DNA of 64,000 nt from an uncultured Gemmatimonadales bacterium. GTDB taxonomy: Bacteria > Gemmatimonadota > Gemmatimonadetes > Gemmatimonadales > GWC2-71-9. Positions 57,109 to 64,000 of the stretch are shown here, one piece after another; positions within the stretch are counted from its first letter, which is position 1, and each line of letters begins with the position of its first letter. The stretch lies in the NCBI GenBank assembly GCA_963828735.1, contig CAWHFW010000004.1:1-64000 (forward strand), in the 5' to 3' direction. The notes below the pieces were generated by a model that worked only from the letters and a program-made list of their open reading frames with translations, made no database searches and was not told the origin of the DNA. The position numbers and the translations under genes were made by a program.

Positions 57109-57501
57109 ATGAAGTTCATGCTGCTGGTCTACACCGACAGCTCCCTCCTGGACGGCCTTCCGGACAATCAGATGGACGGAATGCTTCGCACCTGCTTCGA
57201 CCACGTGGACGAGCTGAACCGGGAAGGACACATGGTCGAGTCGCACATGCTGGACAGCGCCCGAACCGCCAGGACGGTGCGCATTCGAGGCGACCGGGTC
57301 ACCTCGACCGACGGACCGTACGCCGAGGCCAAGGAGGTGCTCGGCGGCTTCAACGTCATCGAGGCGAGGGACATGGAGGAGGCAGTACGGATCGCGGCGA
57401 CATTTCCCTGGGCACGGACCGGCTGCATCGAGGTCCGTGCGGTGCAGGACCTCGCGGCCGTGCGCCGCCGCGTGCGCGCCAGCGGCTCGCCGGCGGCATA
57501 G
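57109..57501 (+). CDS. YCII/DGPF-related protein
   Basis: MKFMLLVY, TDGPYAEAKEVLGGF, IEVR. Confidence 0.88.
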   Translation: MKFMLLVYTDSSLLDGLPDNQMDGMLRTCFDHVDELNREGHMVESHMLDSARTARTVRIRGDRVTSTDGPYAEAKEVLGGFNVIEARDMEEAVRIAATFPWARTGCIEVRAVQDLAAVRRRVRASGSPAA

Positions 57502-57570
57502 CGGGCGGCGTCGCATCGTGGCACGGTGCGGCTGGCGAAAAGCACCCGAGGTGAAAGGAAGGGCAATCCC

Positions 57571-57807
57571 ATGTGCCGGAACATCAAGCGGCTCCGCCAC
57601 CCGGAGCACCCACCGACGGACGATGAGCTGCACGATGCGGCATTGCAGTTCATCCGAAAGATCAGCGGCTATCGGGTCCCGTCACAGGCCAACGCGCGCG
57701 CCTTCGACGCCGCGGTCCGGGACGTCGCCAAAGCCTCGCGCACATTGTTTCGCCGGCTTCACGTGCATGCTGCGGACGGCCACGCCCATGCAGGTGCGGG
57801 TTCATGA
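57571..57807 (+). CDS. DUF2277 family protein
   Basis: MCRNIK.L...AALQFIRKISG...N..AF..AV. Confidence 0.82.
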   Translation: MCRNIKRLRHPEHPPTDDELHDAALQFIRKISGYRVPSQANARAFDAAVRDVAKASRTLFRRLHVHAADGHAHAGAGS

Positions 57808-58094
57808 AGATCCCGGTTGCCGAGCACGACACGGTCTCTCGCGTGATGGGCAGGACGATCCCCGCAATGCTCGTGGCGTGGTCCTGCGTCGGCTGCGGCG
57901 CTGCGCTGGATCGGACCGCGGTCGAGTCCGCTGCGGCGACCCAGTGCGGTTTCCGAGCGGCGACGTCCTGCTGGACGCTCAGACCTCGGTTCCCTCCACG
58001 CCTGATACAGGCAGGCGACTCGGCGCGACGGGACGTTCCCCGATCCTCGCCGGTGCTCGCCGATGCCGGGTCGAACAGCGCTAGCGGCCCGTGA
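57804..58094 (+). CDS. Hypothetical protein (weak)
   Basis: ATGA-coupled to DUF2277, no recognisable motif. Confidence 0.3.
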   Translation: MKIPVAEHDTVSRVMGRTIPAMLVAWSCVGCGAALDRTAVESAAATQCGFRAATSCWTLRPRFPPRLIQAGDSARRDVPRSSPVLADAGSNSASGP

Positions 58095-58550
58095 ATGGAC
58101 GGCCGAAGCCGTGAACCCCTTTTGCCCAGAGACCACATCGTGTCGGACGCCAAAGACGTTCCCGCCTACCCCTACGTCACCCATCTCGACGTCCTCCACG
58201 GCCCGCTCGAGCGCATCGACGTGCCCGCTCTCGTCGCCGCCTGTACGGACCGCTGGTACAACCAGACCCTCTGCAGGGTGAACGAGTCGGTCGTTCGCCT
58301 TGGTGTCGTGCAGGGTGAGTACCACTGGCACAAGCACGATGCGGACGACGAATTCTTCTACGTGGTCGATGGGCGATTCTGGATCGACCTGCCGGACCGG
58401 GTGATCGAGCTGGGACCGGGGCAGGGTGTGGTCGTGCCGAAGGGCATGATACACCGGCCGCGAGCGCCGGAGCGCACGGTCATTCTCATGGTCGAGACGG
58501 CTGCCATCGTCCCCACCGGGGACCAGCCGAGCGACAAGGAGGCACGATGA
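58095..58550 (+). CDS. Cupin domain protein
   Basis: WYNQTLCRVN, GEYHWHKH...DEFFYV, VPKG..HRP. Start may be GTG 58140. Confidence 0.85.
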   Translation: MDGRSREPLLPRDHIVSDAKDVPAYPYVTHLDVLHGPLERIDVPALVAACTDRWYNQTLCRVNESVVRLGVVQGEYHWHKHDADDEFFYVVDGRFWIDLPDRVIELGPGQGVVVPKGMIHRPRAPERTVILMVETAAIVPTGDQPSDKEAR

Positions 58551-58575
58551 ACACCGCAGGGCGGCTCATCGCGCC

Positions 58576-59118
58576 GTGAATGCCGCACCCCGATTCCGCC
58601 TGCGGTTTCCCCCGGCCGAGATGCGTAGCTGGTCTGCCGCGTATCCTTACGATGACGGTGACGCCCGCCTGCTCGGAGAGATCCGTCCGGCTGTTCGGGC
58701 GCGAGGGTTTCTGACTGCTCCCGAGTTCCGCGAGATCTGCTACTGGAAATCCCCGCGATCCCAGGCACGCTGCCGCCGCAACTCGGCTGACCAGGTGCGC
58801 ATCCTCACCGGGGCCGCCCTGGCCAGCCGCAATGATGCGATGAAGATGGACCTGCTTCGACTGCTGTACGGCGTCGACTGGCCGACTGCCTCGACGCTTC
58901 TCCACTTCTGCGACGGACGTCTGTATCCTATCCTAGACTATCGCGCCGTGTGGTCGCTCGGCTACGCCCGGCCCCCGCGCTACACCATGGCGTTCTGGGT
59001 CGGGTACGTCGCGTTCGTGCGGGATCTGTCCCGTCGGACGGGATGCTCCATGCGAGTGGTTGACCGGGCGCTATGGCAGTATTCGAAGGCGAGGCAGCGA
59101 GCAGGACCGGGAACATGA
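58576..59118 (+). CDS. HhH-containing DNA-glycosylase-like hypothetical protein
   Basis: WKSPR, LYGVDWPTASTLLH, YPILDYRA, VDRALW. Confidence 0.65.
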   Translation: MNAAPRFRLRFPPAEMRSWSAAYPYDDGDARLLGEIRPAVRARGFLTAPEFREICYWKSPRSQARCRRNSADQVRILTGAALASRNDAMKMDLLRLLYGVDWPTASTLLHFCDGRLYPILDYRAVWSLGYARPPRYTMAFWVGYVAFVRDLSRRTGCSMRVVDRALWQYSKARQRAGPGT

Positions 59119-59145
59119 GCGCAGAGCCGGCGAAGGGAGGACGTC

Positions 59146-59298
59146 ATGATACGCAAGCTGGCGTCGGGCCAGTATCGCCTGTACTCGAAGAAGGCGGATC
59201 CGAAGACGGGGAAGCGGCGTAACCTCGGCACCTTCAAGACGCGAGCGGCAGCGGAAAAGCACGAGCGCGCGGTGCAATACTTCAAGCGGCGAGGCTGA
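59146..59298 (+). CDS. 50-aa basic small protein (absent from ORF track)
   Basis: SD GGGAGG, MIRKLASGQYRLYSKKADPKTGKRRNLGTFKTRAAAEKHERAVQYFKRRG*, TGATG coupling to the next gene. Confidence 0.85.
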   Translation: MIRKLASGQYRLYSKKADPKTGKRRNLGTFKTRAAAEKHERAVQYFKRRG

Positions 59299-59537
59299 TG
59301 GCCCGTTCGGAGCTCGGACTCGGAGGGCGCACCGTGGCGGCCTGTCTGGCGGCGGTCTGGATCGCCGCCGGGGCGGCGTCGATCGTGGTCGGGCCTCGAA
59401 TCCGGCCCGGCGTTCTGTCCGTGCTTGTCGGAGCCCTCGCCGTGGCCTACGGGTGTCTGTGGGTCGAGGTGGCGGTTAGCGGACGGAGACGACGCTGGCC
59501 GCCCCGCCGGTCGGGCCGGCCAGGTACGCGGTCATGA
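59298..59537 (+). CDS. Small membrane protein (two TM helices)
   Basis: Two hydrophobic stretches, basic tail, overlapping start. Confidence 0.55.
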   Translation: MARSELGLGGRTVAACLAAVWIAAGAASIVVGPRIRPGVLSVLVGALAVAYGCLWVEVAVSGRRRRWPPRRSGRPGTRS

Positions 59538-59587
59538 TGGATGGAGGACGTCAGACGCTCGCGGTGGCACCCGGGACATCCCGGTGA

Positions 59588-59689
59588 TCACATCCGCGTG
59601 ATTCTGAGGTACCGCCTGATGTCGGGCAGGGCACTGGCGAGCAAAGCACCGACACCGACCGAAAGGCCCAACCACACGAAGCGTCGCAT
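59588..59689 (-). CDS. 33-aa hydrophobic small protein
   Basis: SD GGGGAG, MRRFVWLGLSVGVGALLASALPDIRRYLRITRM*. Confidence 0.65.
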   Translation of the reverse strand: MRRFVWLGLSVGVGALLASALPDIRRYLRITRM

Positions 59690-59916
59690 GAGAGCTCCCC
59701 TTTTCATGAGAGGATAGTGTGACCGCACGCGGCGCCACGTCTGTGACGCGTGACCTATAATGAGGCTGACCACCATGGGCCGGAAGCCTGTGTCTCCCTG
59801 ACCGTGCTCGCCGCGGCCATTCTGGCCGCTGTCGTGTGGATCGTCCGGCCGTTCTCTCCGCGATAGACGGCCGGTCGTCGTCCCGTCGCGGACCCTGTCG
59901 AGGGAAGTTGGCGCGC

Positions 59917-60025
59917 ATGCGGGCTCTGCTGCCATCGAATCGCTCCATTCCCACCACCAGCGTCATTTCGATCATCGCCTGCCCGGATGTCCGTGCGGCG
60001 GTGGACTGGCTGTGTGGGGTGACGC
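59917..60025 (+). pseudogene. N-terminal remnant of a VOC/glyoxalase-family gene
   Basis: 'NRSIPTTSVISIIACPDVRAAVDWL' resembles the 'NRSIP..VIP.L.YPDV..AV.WL' VOC N-terminus and then degenerates. Confidence 0.5.
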
Positions 60026-60085
60026 GGAAGCATGCAGCCGGCGTTCGTGGCGCTGTGGCGTCCGCATGATATCCCGGACGGGTGC

Positions 60086-60595
60086 ATGACCCGGCGGCGG
60101 CCGGTGATCGGTGTCATGGGCGGGGGCGAGGCGGACGCCGCCACCCTCGGCGACGCCCGTCGCCTCGGCCGCCTCATCGCCGAGGCTGGGTGGGTCGTGC
60201 TGACGGGCGGGCGTCCGGCCGGTGTGATGGACGCGGTGTCGGCGGGCGCCAAGGAGGTTCCCGGAAGCCTGACGATCGGTATCCTGCCCAGCAGTCCTGA
60301 TGGCCCGGTGAGCGCCTACGTGGACGTCGCGATATTCACCGGGATGGGCGACGCGCGGAACGCCATCAACGTGCTCACGAGCGACGTCGTGGTGGCCTGC
60401 GGGAGTGGAGGGCCGGGAACCGCGTCCGAGGTAGCGCTCGCGCTCAAGGCTGGCCGACCCCTCGTCCTGCTGGGGGCATCGAGCGATGCCTCGACGTTCT
60501 TTCACCGCATCGCGGGAGCCGGGCAGATTCACGAGGCGACCACCCCCGCCGAGGCCGTGGCTGTCATCGAGCAACTAGGCGTTCGCAGGATCTGA
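60086..60595 (+). CDS. LOG/SLOG family (TIGR00725-like) protein
   Basis: IGVMGG, LTGG..GVMDAVS.GA, IGILP, TGMGDARN, GTASEVALA. Confidence 0.85.
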   Translation: MTRRRPVIGVMGGGEADAATLGDARRLGRLIAEAGWVVLTGGRPAGVMDAVSAGAKEVPGSLTIGILPSSPDGPVSAYVDVAIFTGMGDARNAINVLTSDVVVACGSGGPGTASEVALALKAGRPLVLLGASSDASTFFHRIAGAGQIHEATTPAEAVAVIEQLGVRRI

Positions 60596-60623
60596 GGGCC
60601 CAGCACCCCGCTGGCGCGAGGGT

Positions 60624-61025
60624 TCATTCCTGGGGCAGGGCAGACGCCAGCGGAAGCAGTTCCTGCACGGCCGCGACGAGCTCCGCGATGGCGACGGGCC
60701 GCCGGAGAACGCGGCGCCATGTGACGCCAGGCGTGAGGGTCCCGCGAGCCGTCGCGCGCGCCAGCAGCACGAGACCTGGATCAGCGTAACGTGCTCTCAG
60801 GCGCTCGAGCAGGGTTGCGCTGTCTTTCTCCACGAGTGCGGCCTGGTCCACGAGCACCAGGCGCACCGTCCCCCGTTCCGGGGACACCGGTCGATACCTC
60901 AGTCCCGCCCGGAGGGTGGGGGCGCCAAGCGCGTCGTAGCCGGCGTCGCGGAGCGCCGCGCGGAGAAGCGCCCGGGGCCACTGGTCCGGCATGATCAGGA
61001 GAACGCGTGGCGGCACAGGTGCCAT
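60624..61025 (-). CDS. Degenerate receiver-like hypothetical protein
   Basis: RVLLIMPD...LRDAGYD...LVLVD...VLRRPV.IAELVAAV (CheY-like topology). Confidence 0.55.
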   Translation of the reverse strand: MAPVPPRVLLIMPDQWPRALLRAALRDAGYDALGAPTLRAGLRYRPVSPERGTVRLVLVDQAALVEKDSATLLERLRARYADPGLVLLARATARGTLTPGVTWRRVLRRPVAIAELVAAVQELLPLASALPQE

Positions 61026-61124
61026 ACCGCACAGTGCGACGCCCGCCTTCGCGTGCGCAAGGTGCTCCCCCGGCAGCGCGCCCGCGGTAGCTTGAAGGGG
61101 TACGAATCTCCGGAGCTCGGCACC

Positions 61125-61643
61125 GTGCGCCTGTTCGCCCGAATCGCCGACATCACGACGCTCGCCGCGGACGCGATCGTCAATGCCGCCAACGAGCAGC
61201 TGGCGCCCGGAGGAGGCGTGTGCGGTGCCATTCACCGTGCGGCTGGACCTTCCCTCGCGCGTGCCTGCGCGGCGATCGGTCCTTGCCCGACGGGTGAGGC
61301 CCGCATTACCCCGGGCTTCGAGCTGCCGGCGCGCTTCGTGATCCACGCCGTGGGTCCGGTCTGGCACGGCGGAGGAGCCGGCGAGGCACGCCTCCTGGCC
61401 TCCGCGTATCGCTCGGCATTGGACCTGGCCGGCGCGCATCACCTTCGCGCCGTGGCCTTTCCCGCGATCAGCACCGGGATCTATGGCTTTCCGCTGCGAC
61501 CAGCCACCGCGATCGCCGTCGCGGCCGTGCGCGGTGCCGCCGAGAACCCGACGACCGTCGAAGCCGTGATCTTCGCGTGCTTCAGCCCGGAGGTCCGCGC
61601 GGCCTACCGGGAGGCCGGCATCACCGAGGATGAAGCCTCATGA
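61125..61643 (+). CDS. Macro domain protein (O-acetyl-ADP-ribose deacetylase, YmdB-like)
   Basis: DAIVNAAN, GGGVCGAIHRAAG, VIHAVGP, AFPAISTGIYGFP. Confidence 0.92.
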   Translation: MRLFARIADITTLAADAIVNAANEQLAPGGGVCGAIHRAAGPSLARACAAIGPCPTGEARITPGFELPARFVIHAVGPVWHGGGAGEARLLASAYRSALDLAGAHHLRAVAFPAISTGIYGFPLRPATAIAVAAVRGAAENPTTVEAVIFACFSPEVRAAYREAGITEDEAS

Positions 61644-61936
61644 AACGGCATGCCAAGGATGAATTGCAGACGCTCCCCGCTATCGGCCCCAGCTTGGCGG
61701 CAGACCTTCACGCGCTGGGTGTTCGGCGCATCGCCGACCTCAAGCGCCGCGACCCGGAGCGGCTTTACGCCCGGTTGAACCGACTGCGAGGTGTGCGCCA
61801 GGACCTCTGCGTGCTGTATGCGTTTCGCTGCGCGGTCTACGCGGCGCGCACCACGCATCCGCGCGCTCACTTGCTCAAATGGTGGAACTGGAAGGGTCGC
61901 GTGCTGGAGCCGAATCGGGAACGGACGGCGTCGTAA
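61640..61936 (+). CDS. HhH protein, Cdd1/mitomycin-resistance-like
   Basis: LPAIGPSLAADL..LGV...DPERLY...DLCVLYAFRCAV...KWWNWK. Confidence 0.8.
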   Translation: MKRHAKDELQTLPAIGPSLAADLHALGVRRIADLKRRDPERLYARLNRLRGVRQDLCVLYAFRCAVYAARTTHPRAHLLKWWNWKGRVLEPNRERTAS

Positions 61937-61956
61937 GCCGGGACGGCCCCGGTGCC

Positions 61957-62415
61957 ATGCCCATGACCACGCCCACGATTGTCCGGCGCGCCGCGGCCAC
62001 CGACGCCGCCCGACTCGCGGCGCTGAGCGCCGAGCTCGGATATCCGGCGCCCGCAGAGGCTCTCGCGGATCGGCTCGACGGTCTGCTTCGCCGCGACAGC
62101 GACATCGTGCTCGTCGCCGAGCGCGCCGACGGCGGGGTCGTGGGATGGGCGCACGGGTCGGAGCAGCTCCTGCTCGAGTCAGGCCGCCGGTGTGAGCTGC
62201 TCGGGCTCGTGGTCGACGCCCGTCATCGGGGCCTCGGCGTGGGGCGCCTCCTGGTCACCGCGGTGGAACAATGGGCGTGGGAGAGAGGCCTCGATCAGAT
62301 GGCCGTCCGGAGCAACGTGGCGCGATCGGAGTCGCATCCGTTCTACGAGCGGCTGGGGTACGTCCGGGCCAAGACCCAGCACGCCTACCGGAAACGTCTC
62401 GCCGCGCCGGCCTGA
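61957..62415 (+). CDS. GNAT N-acetyltransferase
   Basis: LVVDARHRGLGVGRLL, FYERLGY. Confidence 0.88.
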   Translation: MPMTTPTIVRRAAATDAARLAALSAELGYPAPAEALADRLDGLLRRDSDIVLVAERADGGVVGWAHGSEQLLLESGRRCELLGLVVDARHRGLGVGRLLVTAVEQWAWERGLDQMAVRSNVARSESHPFYERLGYVRAKTQHAYRKRLAAPA

Positions 62416-62540
62416 GCTCTCGGCGATCCCGCCGGACCGATTGCGCGATCCACCGCGCGCTTGACGATGCTCGCCCGGGATACATTTCCTTCGTTGGTGG
62501 CGGCGCCGGCCGCTCCCCGTCCATCGTCCCGGAGACGTCA

Positions 62541-62978
62541 GTGACCCTCGACATTCGGCTTCTCGCACCCGGCGACGAGCGCGTTCTCGCGCGCGTGGCT
62601 CCCGGCGTGTTCGACCACGACGTCGACCCGGGCCTGACGGCGGAATTCCTCAGGGATCCCCGCCACCATCTCGCGGTCGCGATCGAGGACGGCGCCGTCG
62701 TGGGCTTCGCCTCAGGGGTGCACTACGTGCACCCCGACAAGCCCGCGGAATTGTGGGTCAACGAGGTCGGCGTCGCGCCGTCCCACCAGCGACGGGGCCT
62801 GGGCAAGCGCCTGCTGCACGCCCTCTTCGCGCACGGTCGCGACCTTGGCTGCCGCGAGGCCTGGGTGCTCACGAGCCCGGCGAACGGTCCCGCGGTCCGC
62901 CTGTACGAGTCGGCGGGTGGGGTGGACATGGCGGACCCGCCGGTGATGTTCACGTTCCGGCTTGGCGACATCGAGTGA
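62541..62978 (+). CDS. GNAT N-acetyltransferase
   Basis: VHPDKP.ELWVNEVGVAPSHQRRGLG, N.PA.RLYES.G. Confidence 0.88.
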   Translation: MTLDIRLLAPGDERVLARVAPGVFDHDVDPGLTAEFLRDPRHHLAVAIEDGAVVGFASGVHYVHPDKPAELWVNEVGVAPSHQRRGLGKRLLHALFAHGRDLGCREAWVLTSPANGPAVRLYESAGGVDMADPPVMFTFRLGDIE

Positions 62979-63487
62979 TGCGGGGCATGGGACCCGCACG
63001 CGCCGGCGGCTTCCTCGCCGTCGCGCTTGGAAGCCTGGTCGGCTGCGAGCGTGGAGGGTACGCCGCGAGGGTCGCCGGCGATTCGGGATTCGCCCGCGTC
63101 CAACGGCGCGGTGAGCTCGTCATGGGTGTGAACCAATACACCTCGCGGCACGTGTTCGAGCCGCTTGTGGACGGTGGCCGGATCGAGCTCGAGCGAGGCA
63201 TGGACGATAGCGCGGGTGCCGCTCAGATTCGGAGCCACATGGAGGTGATCGCCCGCCAGTTCACGGCGGGTGACTTCCGCCTGCCGGGCGTGGTCCATGC
63301 GCGCGAGGTGCCCGGCACGAGCGTGATGGCGGAGCGCCGTGGCTCCATTCGCTACATCGTGGAATCGCTGCCGCGCGGGGCCGCCGTGCGCGTGCAGACC
63401 GACGATCCCGTCGCAGTCCAGGCCATTCACGATTTCCTGGCCTTCCAGCGCCAGGATCACCACGCCTCCGCCCACCATGACTCCTGA
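62978..63487 (+). CDS. Exported His-rich conserved hypothetical (lipo)protein
   Basis: Signal/lipobox-like LGSLVG-C, 'HVF...DGGRI', 'IRSHM', 'AIHDFLAFQRQDHH'. Confidence 0.7.
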   Translation: MRGMGPARAGGFLAVALGSLVGCERGGYAARVAGDSGFARVQRRGELVMGVNQYTSRHVFEPLVDGGRIELERGMDDSAGAAQIRSHMEVIARQFTAGDFRLPGVVHAREVPGTSVMAERRGSIRYIVESLPRGAAVRVQTDDPVAVQAIHDFLAFQRQDHHASAHHDS

Positions 63488-63514
63488 TCGGTGCGCTGGC
63501 CTAGAGGAGTTTCA

Positions 63515-63808
63515 ATGGCAAAGGGGTACTGGGTCACGTTCTATCGCTCGGTCGCCAACCCCGCCGCGTTGGCGGAATACTCCAAGCTCGCCGTGCCTCC
63601 CATCCAGGCCGGCGGCGGGCGCTTCCTCGCGCGCGGGGTGCCGGCGCGCGCGTACGAAGGCGGCCTGACCGAGCGGGCGGTGGTGATCGAGTTCGATTCG
63701 CTGGCGCAGGCCATCGCGACCTACGAGGGGGCGGCATACCAGGCCGCTCTCCGGGTCCTGGAGGGGGCGGTCGAGCGGGACATCCGGTTCCTCGAAGGCT
63801 CGGCCTGA
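63515..63808 (+). CDS. DUF1330 family protein
   Basis: MAKGYW...GGRFLARG...EGG...VVIEFDS...Y...YQAAL, SD GAGGAG. Confidence 0.88.
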   Translation: MAKGYWVTFYRSVANPAALAEYSKLAVPPIQAGGGRFLARGVPARAYEGGLTERAVVIEFDSLAQAIATYEGAAYQAALRVLEGAVERDIRFLEGSA

Positions 63809-63815
63809 GGACCTG

Positions 63816-64000
63816 ATGATGATCCGCCCGCGCGCTGCGGTGGTCGCCGCCCTCCTGCTTGCCGTCCCGGCGCTCGCCTCGGCGCAGGCGGCGGGACCGC
63901 GCTTCATCAATCCGCCTGGGCTCACGAAGCCGACCGGGTACACTCACGTCGTGGTCTCGGCCGACGGGCGCACTGCCTACATCGCGGGCCAGGTCGCCTT
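63816..64000 (+). CDS. RidA/YjgF-family protein with signal peptide (partial, runs off window)
   Basis: Signal peptide ...ALASA-Q followed by FINPPGL..PTGYTHVV...YIAGQVA. Confidence 0.75.
   Translation, partial: MMIRPRAAVVAALLLAVPALASAQAAGPRFINPPGLTKPTGYTHVVVSADGRTAYIAGQVA

Noticed and set aside
1..64000. Numerous long overlapping or antisense ORFs in the track (e.g. 101-1804 -, 28526-30451 -, 46714-49407 -)
   Set aside because: Shadow ORFs of a high-GC genome: Arg/Pro/Gly-rich, motif-less, and overlapping well-supported genes.
1..64000. CRISPR array, transposase, prophage or defence operon
   Set aside because: No regularly spaced repeats and no cas, DDE/HUH transposase, integrase or phage structural motifs were seen.
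55034..64000. Integron cassette array
   Set aside because: Spacers lack RYYYAAC...GTTRRRY attC boxes, several genes overlap directly or are on the minus strand, and no intI is present.
54901..64000. attR duplicate of the tRNA-Leu 3' end
   Set aside because: No copy of GGTTCGAATCCCACCCCGGGCA was noticed within the window; it could lie beyond it.

Overview
High-GC bacterial chromosome segment. Gene order and protein style suggest Gemmatimonadota, which is an inference and not a database result. About 9-55 kb is a near-continuous + strand housekeeping cluster: obgE-dprA-hemW, hrcA-dnaJ-prmA-rsmE-HIT, rpsU-yqeY-mutS2-dnaG-zinc ribbon-recJ-rsmD-coaD-pta, an STAS/RsbW/GAF-PP2C partner-switching module, rsmA-rex, D-aminoacylase-arcA-exonuclease-MBL, infC-rpmI-rplT-pheST-zapA-rny-folD-xseAB-ispA-dxs-nadK-recN and galK. 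Two tRNAs mark accessory DNA. tRNA-Val(CAC) carries a ~2.7 kb integrase-less islet bounded by a degenerate copy of the tRNA 3' half and holding an orphan sensor kinase. tRNA-Leu(TAA) is followed by a run of about 20 small genes that continues to the window end. Notable signals: a perfect Rex operator on the rex promoter; an attenuator-like infC leader with a probable CUG start; a recurrent -10 box placed 5-9 nt before start codons (leaderless mRNAs); an RsbW::PP2C read-through fusion and an rsmA frameshift, both most simply explained as single-base indels; unannotated small proteins; and a 76-nt structured leader RNA candidate. No CRISPR array, integron, transposase or prophage was found, and no complete novel multi-gene system is demonstrable from the sequence alone.
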